Of a stretch of DNA of 64,000 nucleotides, positions 41,601-49,241 are shown piece by piece; the stretch's first letter is position 1, and each line of letters opens with the position of its first letter. A model generated the notes under the pieces. It made no database searches. It saw only the letters and a program-made list of their open reading frames with translations, and was not told the origin of the DNA. The translations under genes were made by a program, and so were the position numbers. This DNA comes from Sandaracinaceae bacterium (lineage in GTDB: Bacteria; Myxococcota_A; Polyangia; Polyangiales; Sandaracinaceae), in the NCBI GenBank assembly GCA_044220955.1, contig JBGAQA010000031.1, forward strand, positions 1 to 64,000. The letters run 5' to 3'.

Positions 41601-42295
41601 CGCCCGTTCCACCACACGCGCAGGGCACCGGTCGCGCCTGACCACACGCTCACGGGCCGCGCGCGATCGAGCTCGACGAACGTCTCGGCGAACGCGCACA
41701 CGTCCGTCCCCGGCGTCAGGAAGATCCCGAGCCGCACGGAGTCCGACGCGCCGAGGTCGGGCAACGTGCGCCAGTGGATCGCCCGCTCGGCGCCCTCGAA
41801 CTCGGCTCCCGTGTCGGTCGGCTGCTCGAGGGTGGTCTCGGGCGGCAGCACGCGGTCGAAGCCGCCGCGTCCGTCGTTGTCGAAGGGTCCGAGGATCCGC
41901 CAGCGCCTCACGAACCCGAGTCGGTCGAGGATCGCCTGCGCCCCCGCGCGATCGCCCGCGCGCCGCGTCAGCATGCGCTCGTACCCGCGCGCGTAGAGCC
42001 GCAGCGTCGGCGACAGGCGCCGCTCCGCACCGAGCGCGTGGAGCACCTCGACCGAGCGCGCGGGCGCGTGCTCCCACGCGGAGCCGATCTCGACGAGCGG
42101 GACGATCGCCGACGCGTGCCCGGCCCTGCGCATCACCTCGCCGCGCAGCCGATCCACCTCGCGGTCCCAGAGGCTCGGCGCGGCCTTGGTCGCCCGCGCA
42201 CCACCCCGGGTCTGCGCGCTCGCCGCGCTCGCCCCGAGAACGACGAGCAGCATGACGCTCGCCCCCAACCACCGCCCCAGTCGTCGTCCGAGCAT
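38612..42295 (-). CDS. Large secreted TPR + DUF3857 + transglutaminase-like protein
   Basis: Signal peptide; WRILGPFDN, TPRs, LEPGDVIELRY, VRYVGLELG, GFGDCKD, FDHAI, FLDGT. Confidence 0.88.
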   Translation of the reverse strand: MLGRRLGRWLGASVMLLVVLGASAASAQTRGGARATKAAPSLWDREVDRLRGEVMRRAGHASAIVPLVEIGSAWEHAPARSVEVLHALGAERRLSPTLRLYARGYERMLTRRAGDRAGAQAILDRLGFVRRWRILGPFDNDGRGGFDRVLPPETTLEQPTDTGAEFEGAERAIHWRTLPDLGASDSVRLGIFLTPGTDVCAFAETFVELDRARPVSVWSGATGALRVWWNGRQVIDDHVYRTIDLDRDAAIVSGRAGWNRVLVKVCGASAGAAFNLRVAEPDGTPIASLNADPAGASLAAPAPATEPTLPTAPVTVLAELEAQVGAHATDAAAHEALARYLGYTGGSDASEHRVRDLALRATELHATVENLLYAAEQQTTRRERARLIAQAVALAPRDPRVLLANAGLTMGGPAGERALAMLEAIPPGTITSLSATATRAQLLRALGLDESAHALYAQLASAVPGAPIYVRMLAESESARGHVDRSLELRRQLLAIRADDTATRHQLVDDAVARSARDEALAMIAEELAFHPNDVSTMSWASGLYDALSMESEAVDQLRAAADLDPDDANARVALGQYMLRLGRRDAALGTLREALALRPQDASTRMLVEQIEPEDRADEAYATPIEEILARRRPDGEWPATILHDATVHTVHENGLSSRFRQLVIQIHDDEGARGYRAHAIYYEPATQWVDVRAARVLRGDQILSSYHTSERSLAEPQYRIYYSAREVVVTLPVLEPGDVIELRYRVEDIAAQNDFADYFGNMRGLASGIPTARIDEIFITPASRTLHFRVPSIPMEHASETEGTQHVERYTALDVAATHSEPGMPGYTEVSPYLHVSTFDSWEAVGHFWWGLAAEQLVPDAELIRTVHELVDDAPDLRTRVARIYAWATDHVRYVGLELGIHGFQPYRVADVVQRGFGDCKDTASLLYAMLTIAGIDARIALVRTTRNGEIESSPASLAIFDHAIAYVPALDLFLDGTAEHGGISELPSGDQGALTLVVGPTSAELRHIPIRAPGESGRHREVTLTLAADGTAALAASETLNGSEAMAARGRYESPETREQRLEQSLGSVFTGLTLDAQSFDAITDREQPLHFTWAGHVAQIGERDGATLRLGASTLGGFTQTWAPLATRRHPFELGPPFHYEEHRVVRVPAGMTITDVPQGGSIDTPFARLTMRLTPGTNEVAVDTTLEMRVSRVAPEDYAAFRAFCEQADALLRARIAIGGLR

Positions 42296-42347
42296 CGTGC
42301 GCGCGACGCTATCACGACGTGCGACGCGCGCATGGCGGGTCGCGCGC

Positions 42348-42857
42348 TCAGGGCGCGTCGGGGATCGCCTCGCGCACGAGCTCGGCGCCGCGGCGCTGCG
42401 CGTAGGACACGGCCGCGCCCATCGCGCAGTCGGCGGCGTCCATCGCGGCCGCCTGCGCGACGAGCATCGCCACCGCGGGCTGGTCTTGCACCGCGCCCCG
42501 CACCGCGATCGCGACCGCCGCGAGCGCGGCCTGGTGCGCGGGGTCCACGCTCCGGGCGGCGCGCGCCTCCACCACGTCCGCCGCGTCTGCGGAGGGCGCC
42601 GCGAGCGCGGCCTCGAGCATCGCGCGCTCCTCGCCCTCGGCGTGATCGAGCGCGAGGGTGGCGACGGCCCGCGCCGCGCGCAGGATCGCCTCGCGCGCCG
42701 TCCCGCGGCGGGCGGCGATGGCGAGCAGCCAGTCCCCGCGCGGGCACGCGCGCCAGAGCGCCTGCCAGTCGCTTCCGTACGCCTCGGCCCACTGCACGAG
42801 GTCGCGCTGCGCGCCCGCCGCCTCGAGCCACCGCGCCACCGTCTCGCTCACGACCAT
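42348..42857 (-). CDS. Hypothetical alpha-helical protein
   Basis: W..CPRGDWLL motif; normal coding composition; co-oriented with the DUF3857 genes. Confidence 0.65.
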   Translation of the reverse strand: MVVSETVARWLEAAGAQRDLVQWAEAYGSDWQALWRACPRGDWLLAIAARRGTAREAILRAARAVATLALDHAEGEERAMLEAALAAPSADAADVVEARAARSVDPAHQAALAAVAIAVRGAVQDQPAVAMLVAQAAAMDAADCAMGAAVSYAQRRGAELVREAIPDAP

Positions 42858-43065
42858 GAACTCCCGGGCCCGATCGCGACCGGGCGTTCACGCTTCCGCG
42901 ACGATGATCCCACGATTCGCGCGGATTCGTGCATGGAACGAACCTTGATCCCGGCCCGATCCGAGCCGCTCGTCCGCGTGACTTCGCGCACGAGCGGGGT
43001 CAAGAATCGCCGCCCCTGCGCGTCGCAGGGGCAAGGCTCAGAGAAGCGAAGAGGAAGAGTACCCG

Positions 43066-43728
43066 ATGACGAAGCGAACGAAGGCAGCCGTGCTCGCCAC
43101 CGCGATGGTCGCGCTCAGCGCGTGCGCGGGTGCGAGCTTGCACCGCTACCCGCACGAGACGACGCACATCCTCAGCCCCCTGACCGAGGGCGCCGTGGAC
43201 ACCAACGTGGTCCAGGTGCTGGCGACGCAGGTCGAGAGCCAGTTCGGCGTGCCGCAGGGCACGCTGGTGGACGAGGGCGTGCTCACCGCCCTCGATGCGA
43301 ACCAGGTCTGCGTGCAGGTCACGGTGCGCGACATCGGCGAGATGGGCCGGGGGCAGACACCGCTGAGCATGTACCACGTGTTCCTCCGCGCGAATCAGAG
43401 CGTGCGGGACGACGCGCGCGTCGAGAGCACGACGCAGAGCTCGATGCCGATCCAGGGCACGCGGCCGCGCGAGGTGCAGACTGGCTTCCAGCCCGTGTGC
43501 AGCGGCGGCTACGACCGCTACGGCAACTGCTACCGGTGGATCCAGCAGCCGACATACACGACCGTGTACGACCCGGCGATGTACGAGGTCACGACGCAGC
43601 AGGGCACCGCGTGCTTCATGAACACGGGCTTCATCACGCCCGACACCGACGAGATGGAGGTCTACTTCGTCCTGCCCGATCGCTCGGACGGGGTCGGCTT
43701 CGAGTGGCGCTTCGACGTCGTCGAGTGA
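43066..43728 (+). CDS. Hypothetical lipoprotein
   Basis: GAGGA ribosome-binding site; lipobox LSAC; balanced composition. Confidence 0.8.
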   Translation: MTKRTKAAVLATAMVALSACAGASLHRYPHETTHILSPLTEGAVDTNVVQVLATQVESQFGVPQGTLVDEGVLTALDANQVCVQVTVRDIGEMGRGQTPLSMYHVFLRANQSVRDDARVESTTQSSMPIQGTRPREVQTGFQPVCSGGYDRYGNCYRWIQQPTYTTVYDPAMYEVTTQQGTACFMNTGFITPDTDEMEVYFVLPDRSDGVGFEWRFDVVE

Positions 43729-43735
43729 CGGCTGG

Positions 43736-43979
43736 GTGCCCTGACGAGGCGTTCCGGTCGATCCGAGCAGGCCGCGGCGTGGGCGGGCACCCCGTTGCTT
43801 CGCTGCAACGACACGAACAGCAGTGTCGTCGCGCGCTCAACAACGGGGCACCCACCCCCGCCGCTACCGTTGAACCTCGCCGCTCTCCTCGTGAGTCAGC
43901 GGCGGGCAAGCCCTCGCGCACCCCGTTCCGCCTCGGTCACGCTCCTCGAGTCTCGCTGCACAGGCTCCGGTCAGGGCAC
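43736..43979. mobile_element. MITE/REP-like element, 244 bp
   Basis: Terminal inverted repeat GTGCCCTGAC 43736-43745 / GTCAGGGCAC 43970-43979; internal stems CCCCGTTG/CAACGGGG (43790-43848) and ACGACAC/GTGTCGT (43808-43829); lies between convergent genes. Confidence 0.55.
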
Positions 43980-45688
43980 TACGGCGTGGGCGGCGCGCAG
44001 CCGAACGTGATCTGGTCGAGGTTCGTGCCGTCGACCACGATCGCGCGGTAGAGCGGCTCGCTCGTCGTCATCGGCTCGATCACGAACGCCGAGACCGTGG
44101 AGCTCGTGGCGACCGCGAAGGCGCCTCCTTCCGCGGCACCGTCCTCGAAGAGGCGCTGGGCGAAGACGCCCGACGCGCTGCGCCACCCGAGGATCCACTC
44201 GGCCGCCCTCGGCTGGTAGGCCAGGCGCAGGAGCGAGCGAGCCGGACCCTGCCCGAGATCGCCCGCCGGCGTACCGCTGCCCGTGATGGTCGCGCCGCTG
44301 CGCGTGAGCATGCGGACCGTGATGGGGTTGCTGCCCGCGCAGCCCTCGTAGTACGCGAGGGCGATCGTCGTCGCACCGCTCGCGGTGGGTCCGCGCGCCA
44401 GGGTGACGCCCTGGCGGACCATCGTGCCGGCCGGCTCGACGAACTCGGGCGTCGCGCTCGCCGTGACGTGCGCCGTGCCCGTTCCGTCGACGGTGACGCT
44501 CACGAGGTGCACCGCGACCGTCATGTCGGCGCGCGGATACGCGACCAGGAAGGCATCGTCGAGCGCCAGCACGGTGGGCGGCCCATCGCCCACGCTCTGC
44601 CCGAGCGCGACCACGTCGGCGCTCACACGGCTGGCGACCGACGTGCGGTCGTTCAGCACGGCGCCGCCGACCGAGACGGCCCGCGCCGGTGCGGCGCCGC
44701 ACGCGCGCGCGTCGTCGGCGCCGTCGAGCCAGGCCGCGAGCACCGTGTCGCTCGTGGTCGTCGCCGGCGTGGGGTGCCCCGCGATGGCGAGCGCGGTGAC
44801 GAGCTGCGCCCCGCCCCCGCCGGGACAGGCCGGCAGCTGGTAGGCATCGGCGGGTGTCGAGCGGATCGCGACGGCGTTGGCGCCGCTGCGCACGGGGAAG
44901 ATCGACCACTGCTGGCAGCCCGAGGCCGCGACGAAGGTGCGCGCCGCGACGGCGTAGCGCTGGCTGCCGAGCGCAGCGACCGCACCGTCGGCCCGGATCG
45001 AGCCCTGAGGGACGATCATGCCGCTGCCGACCTGGGTGAACATGAGGTCCACGGGCGTCGCCGACGTCGCGATGGTGACGCCGCGGTACACGGCCGCGTT
45101 GCGCGTGAGGAGATACGCCTCCTCCGAGTCCGCCTGGTACGCGAACGCGAACTGCATCGCGCCCGCGCTGAGCGTCGTGAGCGACGAGGGCATCTCGCTC
45201 GCGAGGATCGCGCCGTCGTCGGGCACGCCGTCGCAGTTCTGGTCGAGCCCGTCGCACGTCTCGGTGCCGCCCGGGTGGTTCGTCGCGCTCGCGTCGTCGC
45301 AGTCGGGCGTCGCCGAGCCGGCGCACATCATCGTGGGCGCTCCGTCCTCGTCGTCGTCGCGCGCGAGCTGCTCGCAGTGGCGCGACTGCTCGTTGCACTG
45401 CCAGGTGTGGCACGTGTCGGCCGGCGGGCTCGTGAGGGAGAGGGAAGCGCAGAACGCGTCGCCCGTCATGCCGCCGCTGCCGCGCACGCAGTCCGCCTGC
45501 GGGAGGTCGGCGAGGCCGAGCGCGCTGCACGCGGGGAGCGCGCCGCCGCACGCGAGGAGAGAAAGAATGCCGAGACCGGCGGCGCGCCGGATGAAACGGC
45601 TCGCCCCTGCGGCCCCTCCCGTCCGCGGGCTCGACGCCCGCTCCCGTCCGGGACCTCCGTGGCGAGCACTCTGGTCGGTGGCGCGCAT
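43979..45688 (-). CDS. Surface lipoprotein with MopE-like putative metal-binding motif and beta-rich domain
   Basis: TGATG coupling to the upstream gene; LLAC/LPAC; D.DEDG...DCDD....HPG..E.CDGLDQNCDG..DD. Confidence 0.75.
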   Translation of the reverse strand: MRATDQSARHGGPGRERASSPRTGGAAGASRFIRRAAGLGILSLLACGGALPACSALGLADLPQADCVRGSGGMTGDAFCASLSLTSPPADTCHTWQCNEQSRHCEQLARDDDEDGAPTMMCAGSATPDCDDASATNHPGGTETCDGLDQNCDGVPDDGAILASEMPSSLTTLSAGAMQFAFAYQADSEEAYLLTRNAAVYRGVTIATSATPVDLMFTQVGSGMIVPQGSIRADGAVAALGSQRYAVAARTFVAASGCQQWSIFPVRSGANAVAIRSTPADAYQLPACPGGGGAQLVTALAIAGHPTPATTTSDTVLAAWLDGADDARACGAAPARAVSVGGAVLNDRTSVASRVSADVVALGQSVGDGPPTVLALDDAFLVAYPRADMTVAVHLVSVTVDGTGTAHVTASATPEFVEPAGTMVRQGVTLARGPTASGATTIALAYYEGCAGSNPITVRMLTRSGATITGSGTPAGDLGQGPARSLLRLAYQPRAAEWILGWRSASGVFAQRLFEDGAAEGGAFAVATSSTVSAFVIEPMTTSEPLYRAIVVDGTNLDQITFGCAPPTP

Positions 45689-46731
45689 CAGAACGTCACC
45701 TCGACGCCGTCGCCCGTGAAGCGGGCGTGCGGTGCCTGTGGATCGCTCTGCTCGCCTTCGATCGGGGCGCCGTCGGTCCAGTCCGTGAGCACGCCGATGA
45801 TGACCGTGCCGACGAGGAGCACGCCGCCGGCGATGAAGCCGATGTCGGCGACGAGCGCCGAGGTCTGGATGCCGGACGTGTCGCGCGGCAGTCGCGGATC
45901 GCCCATCGCCACCTGGTTGTGGGTGACGAGCGCGTTGATGCCGCCGACGAGACCCATGACCCCGCACGCGGCCGTGAGCCCGACGCCGGTCCAGAACACC
46001 GCCGGGGGCAGCGGGTTGCGCGAGACGTGGACGTGCGTCTCCTCGATGTGCTGCTCGATGTGCTCGTGCTGCTCGATGTGCTGCTCGATGTGCTGCTCGG
46101 CCTGCTCGAGCGTCACGTCGACCGTGACCGTCTCGTGCGCCGCGACCTCGACCTCGCGCCGCCCCGGCAGGTACCCGGTCGCGCGCAGCTCGATCGCGTG
46201 GCGCCCGCCGGGCACCAGCACGTCGCCTGGCGCGACGCCGACGATGCGGTCCCCGAGCCAGACCTCGGCCTCGGGCGCGTTCACCGTGAAGTGGATGGTG
46301 CCCAGGAGGTTGCGCAGCGAGCGCAGCGTGGCCTCCACGGTGGCCCGGTCCTCGGCGTCCGCGGGCGCCGTCGCCAGGTAGCGCTCGTACTGCTGGACGG
46401 CGAGGTCGTAGCGATGCAGCTGCTCCTCGCACTGCGCGAGGTTGAAGAGCGTGTTCGGCCGCTCCATCAGGCGGTACGACGCGTCGAACTCCGCGATGGC
46501 CGCGTCGCAGTCGCCGTTCCGGGCCAGCGCGAGGCCCGCCACGAAGCGCTCGCGCGCCTCGGTGACCGTCGCCTCGTCCGGAGCCGGCGTCGCGGTCGCC
46601 GACTCCTGCGCGCGCGCGACACCGCTCGCGGCGAGCAGTGCGAACGCGCACGCTATGACGAGGAGCGGTTCGAGACGCGGGCTCGGGACCCGGATCCGCC
46701 GCGGGCTCGGGCCGGTCGTGTGGTGAAGCAT
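45688..46731 (-). CDS. TPR + PEGA domain exported protein
   Basis: Signal peptide ending VARAQ; ARERF..G...A..EF..SY...LFNLAQC..Y.RYL; PEGA motif (AEVWLG...GRH.IE...GY); C-terminal Gly-rich hydrophobic segments; terminal F. Confidence 0.85.
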   Translation of the reverse strand: MLHHTTGPSPRRIRVPSPRLEPLLVIACAFALLAASGVARAQESATATPAPDEATVTEARERFVAGLALARNGDCDAAIAEFDASYRLMERPNTLFNLAQCEEQLHRYDLAVQQYERYLATAPADAEDRATVEATLRSLRNLLGTIHFTVNAPEAEVWLGDRIVGVAPGDVLVPGGRHAIELRATGYLPGRREVEVAAHETVTVDVTLEQAEQHIEQHIEQHEHIEQHIEETHVHVSRNPLPPAVFWTGVGLTAACGVMGLVGGINALVTHNQVAMGDPRLPRDTSGIQTSALVADIGFIAGGVLLVGTVIIGVLTDWTDGAPIEGEQSDPQAPHARFTGDGVEVTF

Positions 46732-46740
46732 CGGGCGCGA

Positions 46741-48612
46741 TTAGAACTGATCGCGGAAGGTCCCGCCACCATGACCGCTGCCACTGGACGGGGGCGGTGG
46801 CGTGGCGTGGCCGCCGCCGGTCGAGGCGCCCTCGGGCACCTCGGCGCCCGTGACCCCGACGTGCTGCACGCCCCGGCCGCGGGCGAGCTCGAAGTGGAAG
46901 TTCTGATCGGAGTCGAAGATCGCGAGCCGATCGAGCCCCTGGTAGCCGTCGCGCACGACACCGATACGGACCGGCGTCAGCTGGCGCGGCTGCATCGCGT
47001 CCATCGGGTTCGGGAACTCGACGCCGTCGATGGTGATGGTCGCGTCGGTCGGCACGACGGAGATGCGGACGCGGACCTCGGCCGGAGCCGCGACGGTGGT
47101 CGGCGGCGGCGGGACCGGGTCGGGCGCGGCCACGACGCTCGACGGCGGAGCGGCGGCGCTCGTCGGCGGGGGTCCGACCGTGCTGGCGGCCGGCGGCCCA
47201 CCGCCGCCCGAGATCGCCCAGCCCAGCCCGACGGCGAGGAGCACCACGACCGCCGCCCCGATGCCGATGAGCGGCCCGCTCGCCCGGGGCGCGGCGGGGC
47301 CGGACGTGGGCCCGTCGTCGACGTCGCGGGTGATGCTCCCCATCTCGGCCGTGCGCTCGGCGCGCTTCTCCTTGCGCACGACGGCGCCGATCTCGGCCGT
47401 CGCGGCCGCGGGCTTGGGGCCGGCCCCCTTCGCGGGGACGTCCGTCGCCGGCGTGTCGACGCCCCCGGTCACTCGCGTGGCCGTGCCGATGGCAGAGGTG
47501 CGCACCCCGGAGTCGTTGTTCGGGGCGGGCCGCGACGAGTCGGGCGTCGGCGCGCTCGCGACCGACGCCTCGCCTCCCTTGTCGCCGCTGCCGTGCACGA
47601 CCGTCCCGACCGCGAGCCCTCCGCTCGGCGGCGCCCCGCCCGCGACCTCGCCCACGATCTCCGGCGCCGAGTCCGAGCTCGAGAACTTCTGCAGCGCCAC
47701 CTCGAGCTCGCGCATCGTCTGCATGCGCGTGCCCACGGGCTTCTCGAGGCAGCGCATCACGATGGCGCTCAGCTCCGGCGGCACGTCCTTGCGCCACTTC
47801 GTCACCGCGTCCGGGTCGGAGCCGACGATCCGCATCAAGAGCATCGGGTAGCTGTCGGCCTCGAAGGGCCGGTGCCCGGTCAGCATCTCGTAGAGGATCA
47901 CGCCGAGCGCCCAGACGTCGGTGCGCGCATCGACGTCGCGCAAGCCCTGGGCCTGCTCCGGAGACATGTACGTGGGCGTCCCGATCGCCATGCCGGTGCG
48001 CGTGAGGCCGCGGTCCGGGCGATCGCCCGAGTGGATCTTGCTGATGCCGAAGTCGAGGACCTTCACGAAGTCGGGGTCGTTGCCGCGCTTGGTGAGGAAC
48101 ACGTTCTCCGGCTTGAGATCGCGGTGGACGATGCCCTTCTCGTGGGCCGCGCCCAGGGCGTCGCAGACCTGGCGCACGATGTGGATCGCGCGCGGGATGC
48201 GCATCGCCCCGACGTCCTCCATCAGGCCGCTCAGCGTCGTGCCGCTCAGGAACTCCATGACGAGGAACGGGGCGCCGTCGGGCAGATCGCCCATGTCGGT
48301 GACGTCGACGATGTGCTCGTTGCCGATCGCCGTGGCGGCGCGCGCCTCGCGCTTGAAGCGCTCGACGAGATCCTTGTCCCTCGTGTACTCCTTGTGGAGG
48401 CACTTGAGCGCGACGGTCTTGCCGATCAGCTCGTGCTCGGCGACGTAGACGCCGCCCATGCCGCCCGCGCCGAGGGTCCGGACGATCTTGTAGCGGCCGC
48501 CGACCACGAGGCCGACGCGCTCGTTGAGCAGCGCCTGCTCGGCCTCCTCCTGCTCGCGCTCCCAGTCGTCGTCGGACGAACCCTCGGGGGTCTTCTGCGG
48601 CTCGGCCGTCAC
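46741..48612 (-). CDS. Hanks-type Ser/Thr protein kinase with TM and PEGA-like C-terminal domain
   Basis: GAGGMG, ALK, HRDLKPEN, DFG, GTPTYMSPEQ; start probably GTG 48612. Confidence 0.93.
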   Translation of the reverse strand: MTAEPQKTPEGSSDDDWEREQEEAEQALLNERVGLVVGGRYKIVRTLGAGGMGGVYVAEHELIGKTVALKCLHKEYTRDKDLVERFKREARAATAIGNEHIVDVTDMGDLPDGAPFLVMEFLSGTTLSGLMEDVGAMRIPRAIHIVRQVCDALGAAHEKGIVHRDLKPENVFLTKRGNDPDFVKVLDFGISKIHSGDRPDRGLTRTGMAIGTPTYMSPEQAQGLRDVDARTDVWALGVILYEMLTGHRPFEADSYPMLLMRIVGSDPDAVTKWRKDVPPELSAIVMRCLEKPVGTRMQTMRELEVALQKFSSSDSAPEIVGEVAGGAPPSGGLAVGTVVHGSGDKGGEASVASAPTPDSSRPAPNNDSGVRTSAIGTATRVTGGVDTPATDVPAKGAGPKPAAATAEIGAVVRKEKRAERTAEMGSITRDVDDGPTSGPAAPRASGPLIGIGAAVVVLLAVGLGWAISGGGGPPAASTVGPPPTSAAAPPSSVVAAPDPVPPPPTTVAAPAEVRVRISVVPTDATITIDGVEFPNPMDAMQPRQLTPVRIGVVRDGYQGLDRLAIFDSDQNFHFELARGRGVQHVGVTGAEVPEGASTGGGHATPPPPSSGSGHGGGTFRDQF

Positions 48613-48709
48613 TTCGCGAGAGAGAGTAACAGATGCCGCTGGACCTTGGAGCCCCTCGCGTGATCGGCGACGGGGCTCGCGCGACATCGTGCGCGCCAAC
48701 CGGCTTCGA

Positions 48710-48739
48710 TTGACAACGATGTTGAAACGAAGGTAGCTA
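48710..48739 (+). promoter_or_regulatory. Possible sigma70-type promoter
   Basis: Perfect TTGACA at 48710-48715 in an AT-richer patch; weak -10 (TAGCTA 48734-48739); GGAGG RBS at 48762. Confidence 0.4.
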
Positions 48740-48772
48740 GTCGGTCTTCAAGTCGTCTCTCGGAGGTTGCCT

Positions 48773-49162
48773 GTGTCGAACATCCACGATCAGATTCAGC
48801 ATCGCATCAACGCATTTGCAGCCGAGCTCGAGCAGCTCTTCCGCAGGGCGGCGATCGATGCGGTCTCTTCCTCGCTCGGGCAGGCGTCGCCGCGCGGTGC
48901 TGCGGCGCGCTCGGCTCCTGCGGCGCGGCCCGGTCGCAAGGCGGCCTCCAAGGGCGGCAAGCGTCCCCCGGCCGAGCTCGCGGCGACGGTCGACAAGGCC
49001 GCCGCTTGGATCAAGAGCAATCCCGGCCAGGGCGTCGAGGCCATGGCCAAGGGCCTCGGCCTGAAGACGAAGCAGCTCGCGCTCCCGATCGCGAAGCTGC
49101 TCAACAACAAGACGATCAAGAAGCGGGGCGTCAAGCGCGCCACCAAGTACTACCCCGGCTGA
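48773..49162 (+). CDS. Small basic DNA-binding protein (N-terminal helix, Lys/Ala linker, winged-helix-like C-terminus)
   Basis: GGAGG RBS then GTG; I..RI.AF..EL..L.R.AA; IKSNPG...E.....LG.....L..PI.KL.....I.K.G.KRATKY. Confidence 0.75.
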   Translation: MSNIHDQIQHRINAFAAELEQLFRRAAIDAVSSSLGQASPRGAAARSAPAARPGRKAASKGGKRPPAELAATVDKAAAWIKSNPGQGVEAMAKGLGLKTKQLALPIAKLLNNKTIKKRGVKRATKYYPG

Positions 49163-49241
49163 CGCCTCCGGCGGGCGGACCTCGCGGGACGGCCGACGCG
49201 GTCGTGCGTGGGGCGCGCCCGCCGTGGTAGATCGGCGCGCC

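Noticed and set aside
34917..42272. 2451-aa giant ORF in the track
   Set aside because: The first about 1220 aa are an Arg-rich off-frame shadow of the 38612-42295 gene; the real protein starts at ATG 38615 with a lipobox.
42348..42857. Possible immunity-protein assignment for the CPRGDWLL protein
   Set aside because: The resemblance is too vague to support without a profile search.
43979..48403. 1474-aa ORF in the track
   Set aside because: The N-terminal part overlaps the kinase and PEGA genes out of frame; the real start is 45688.
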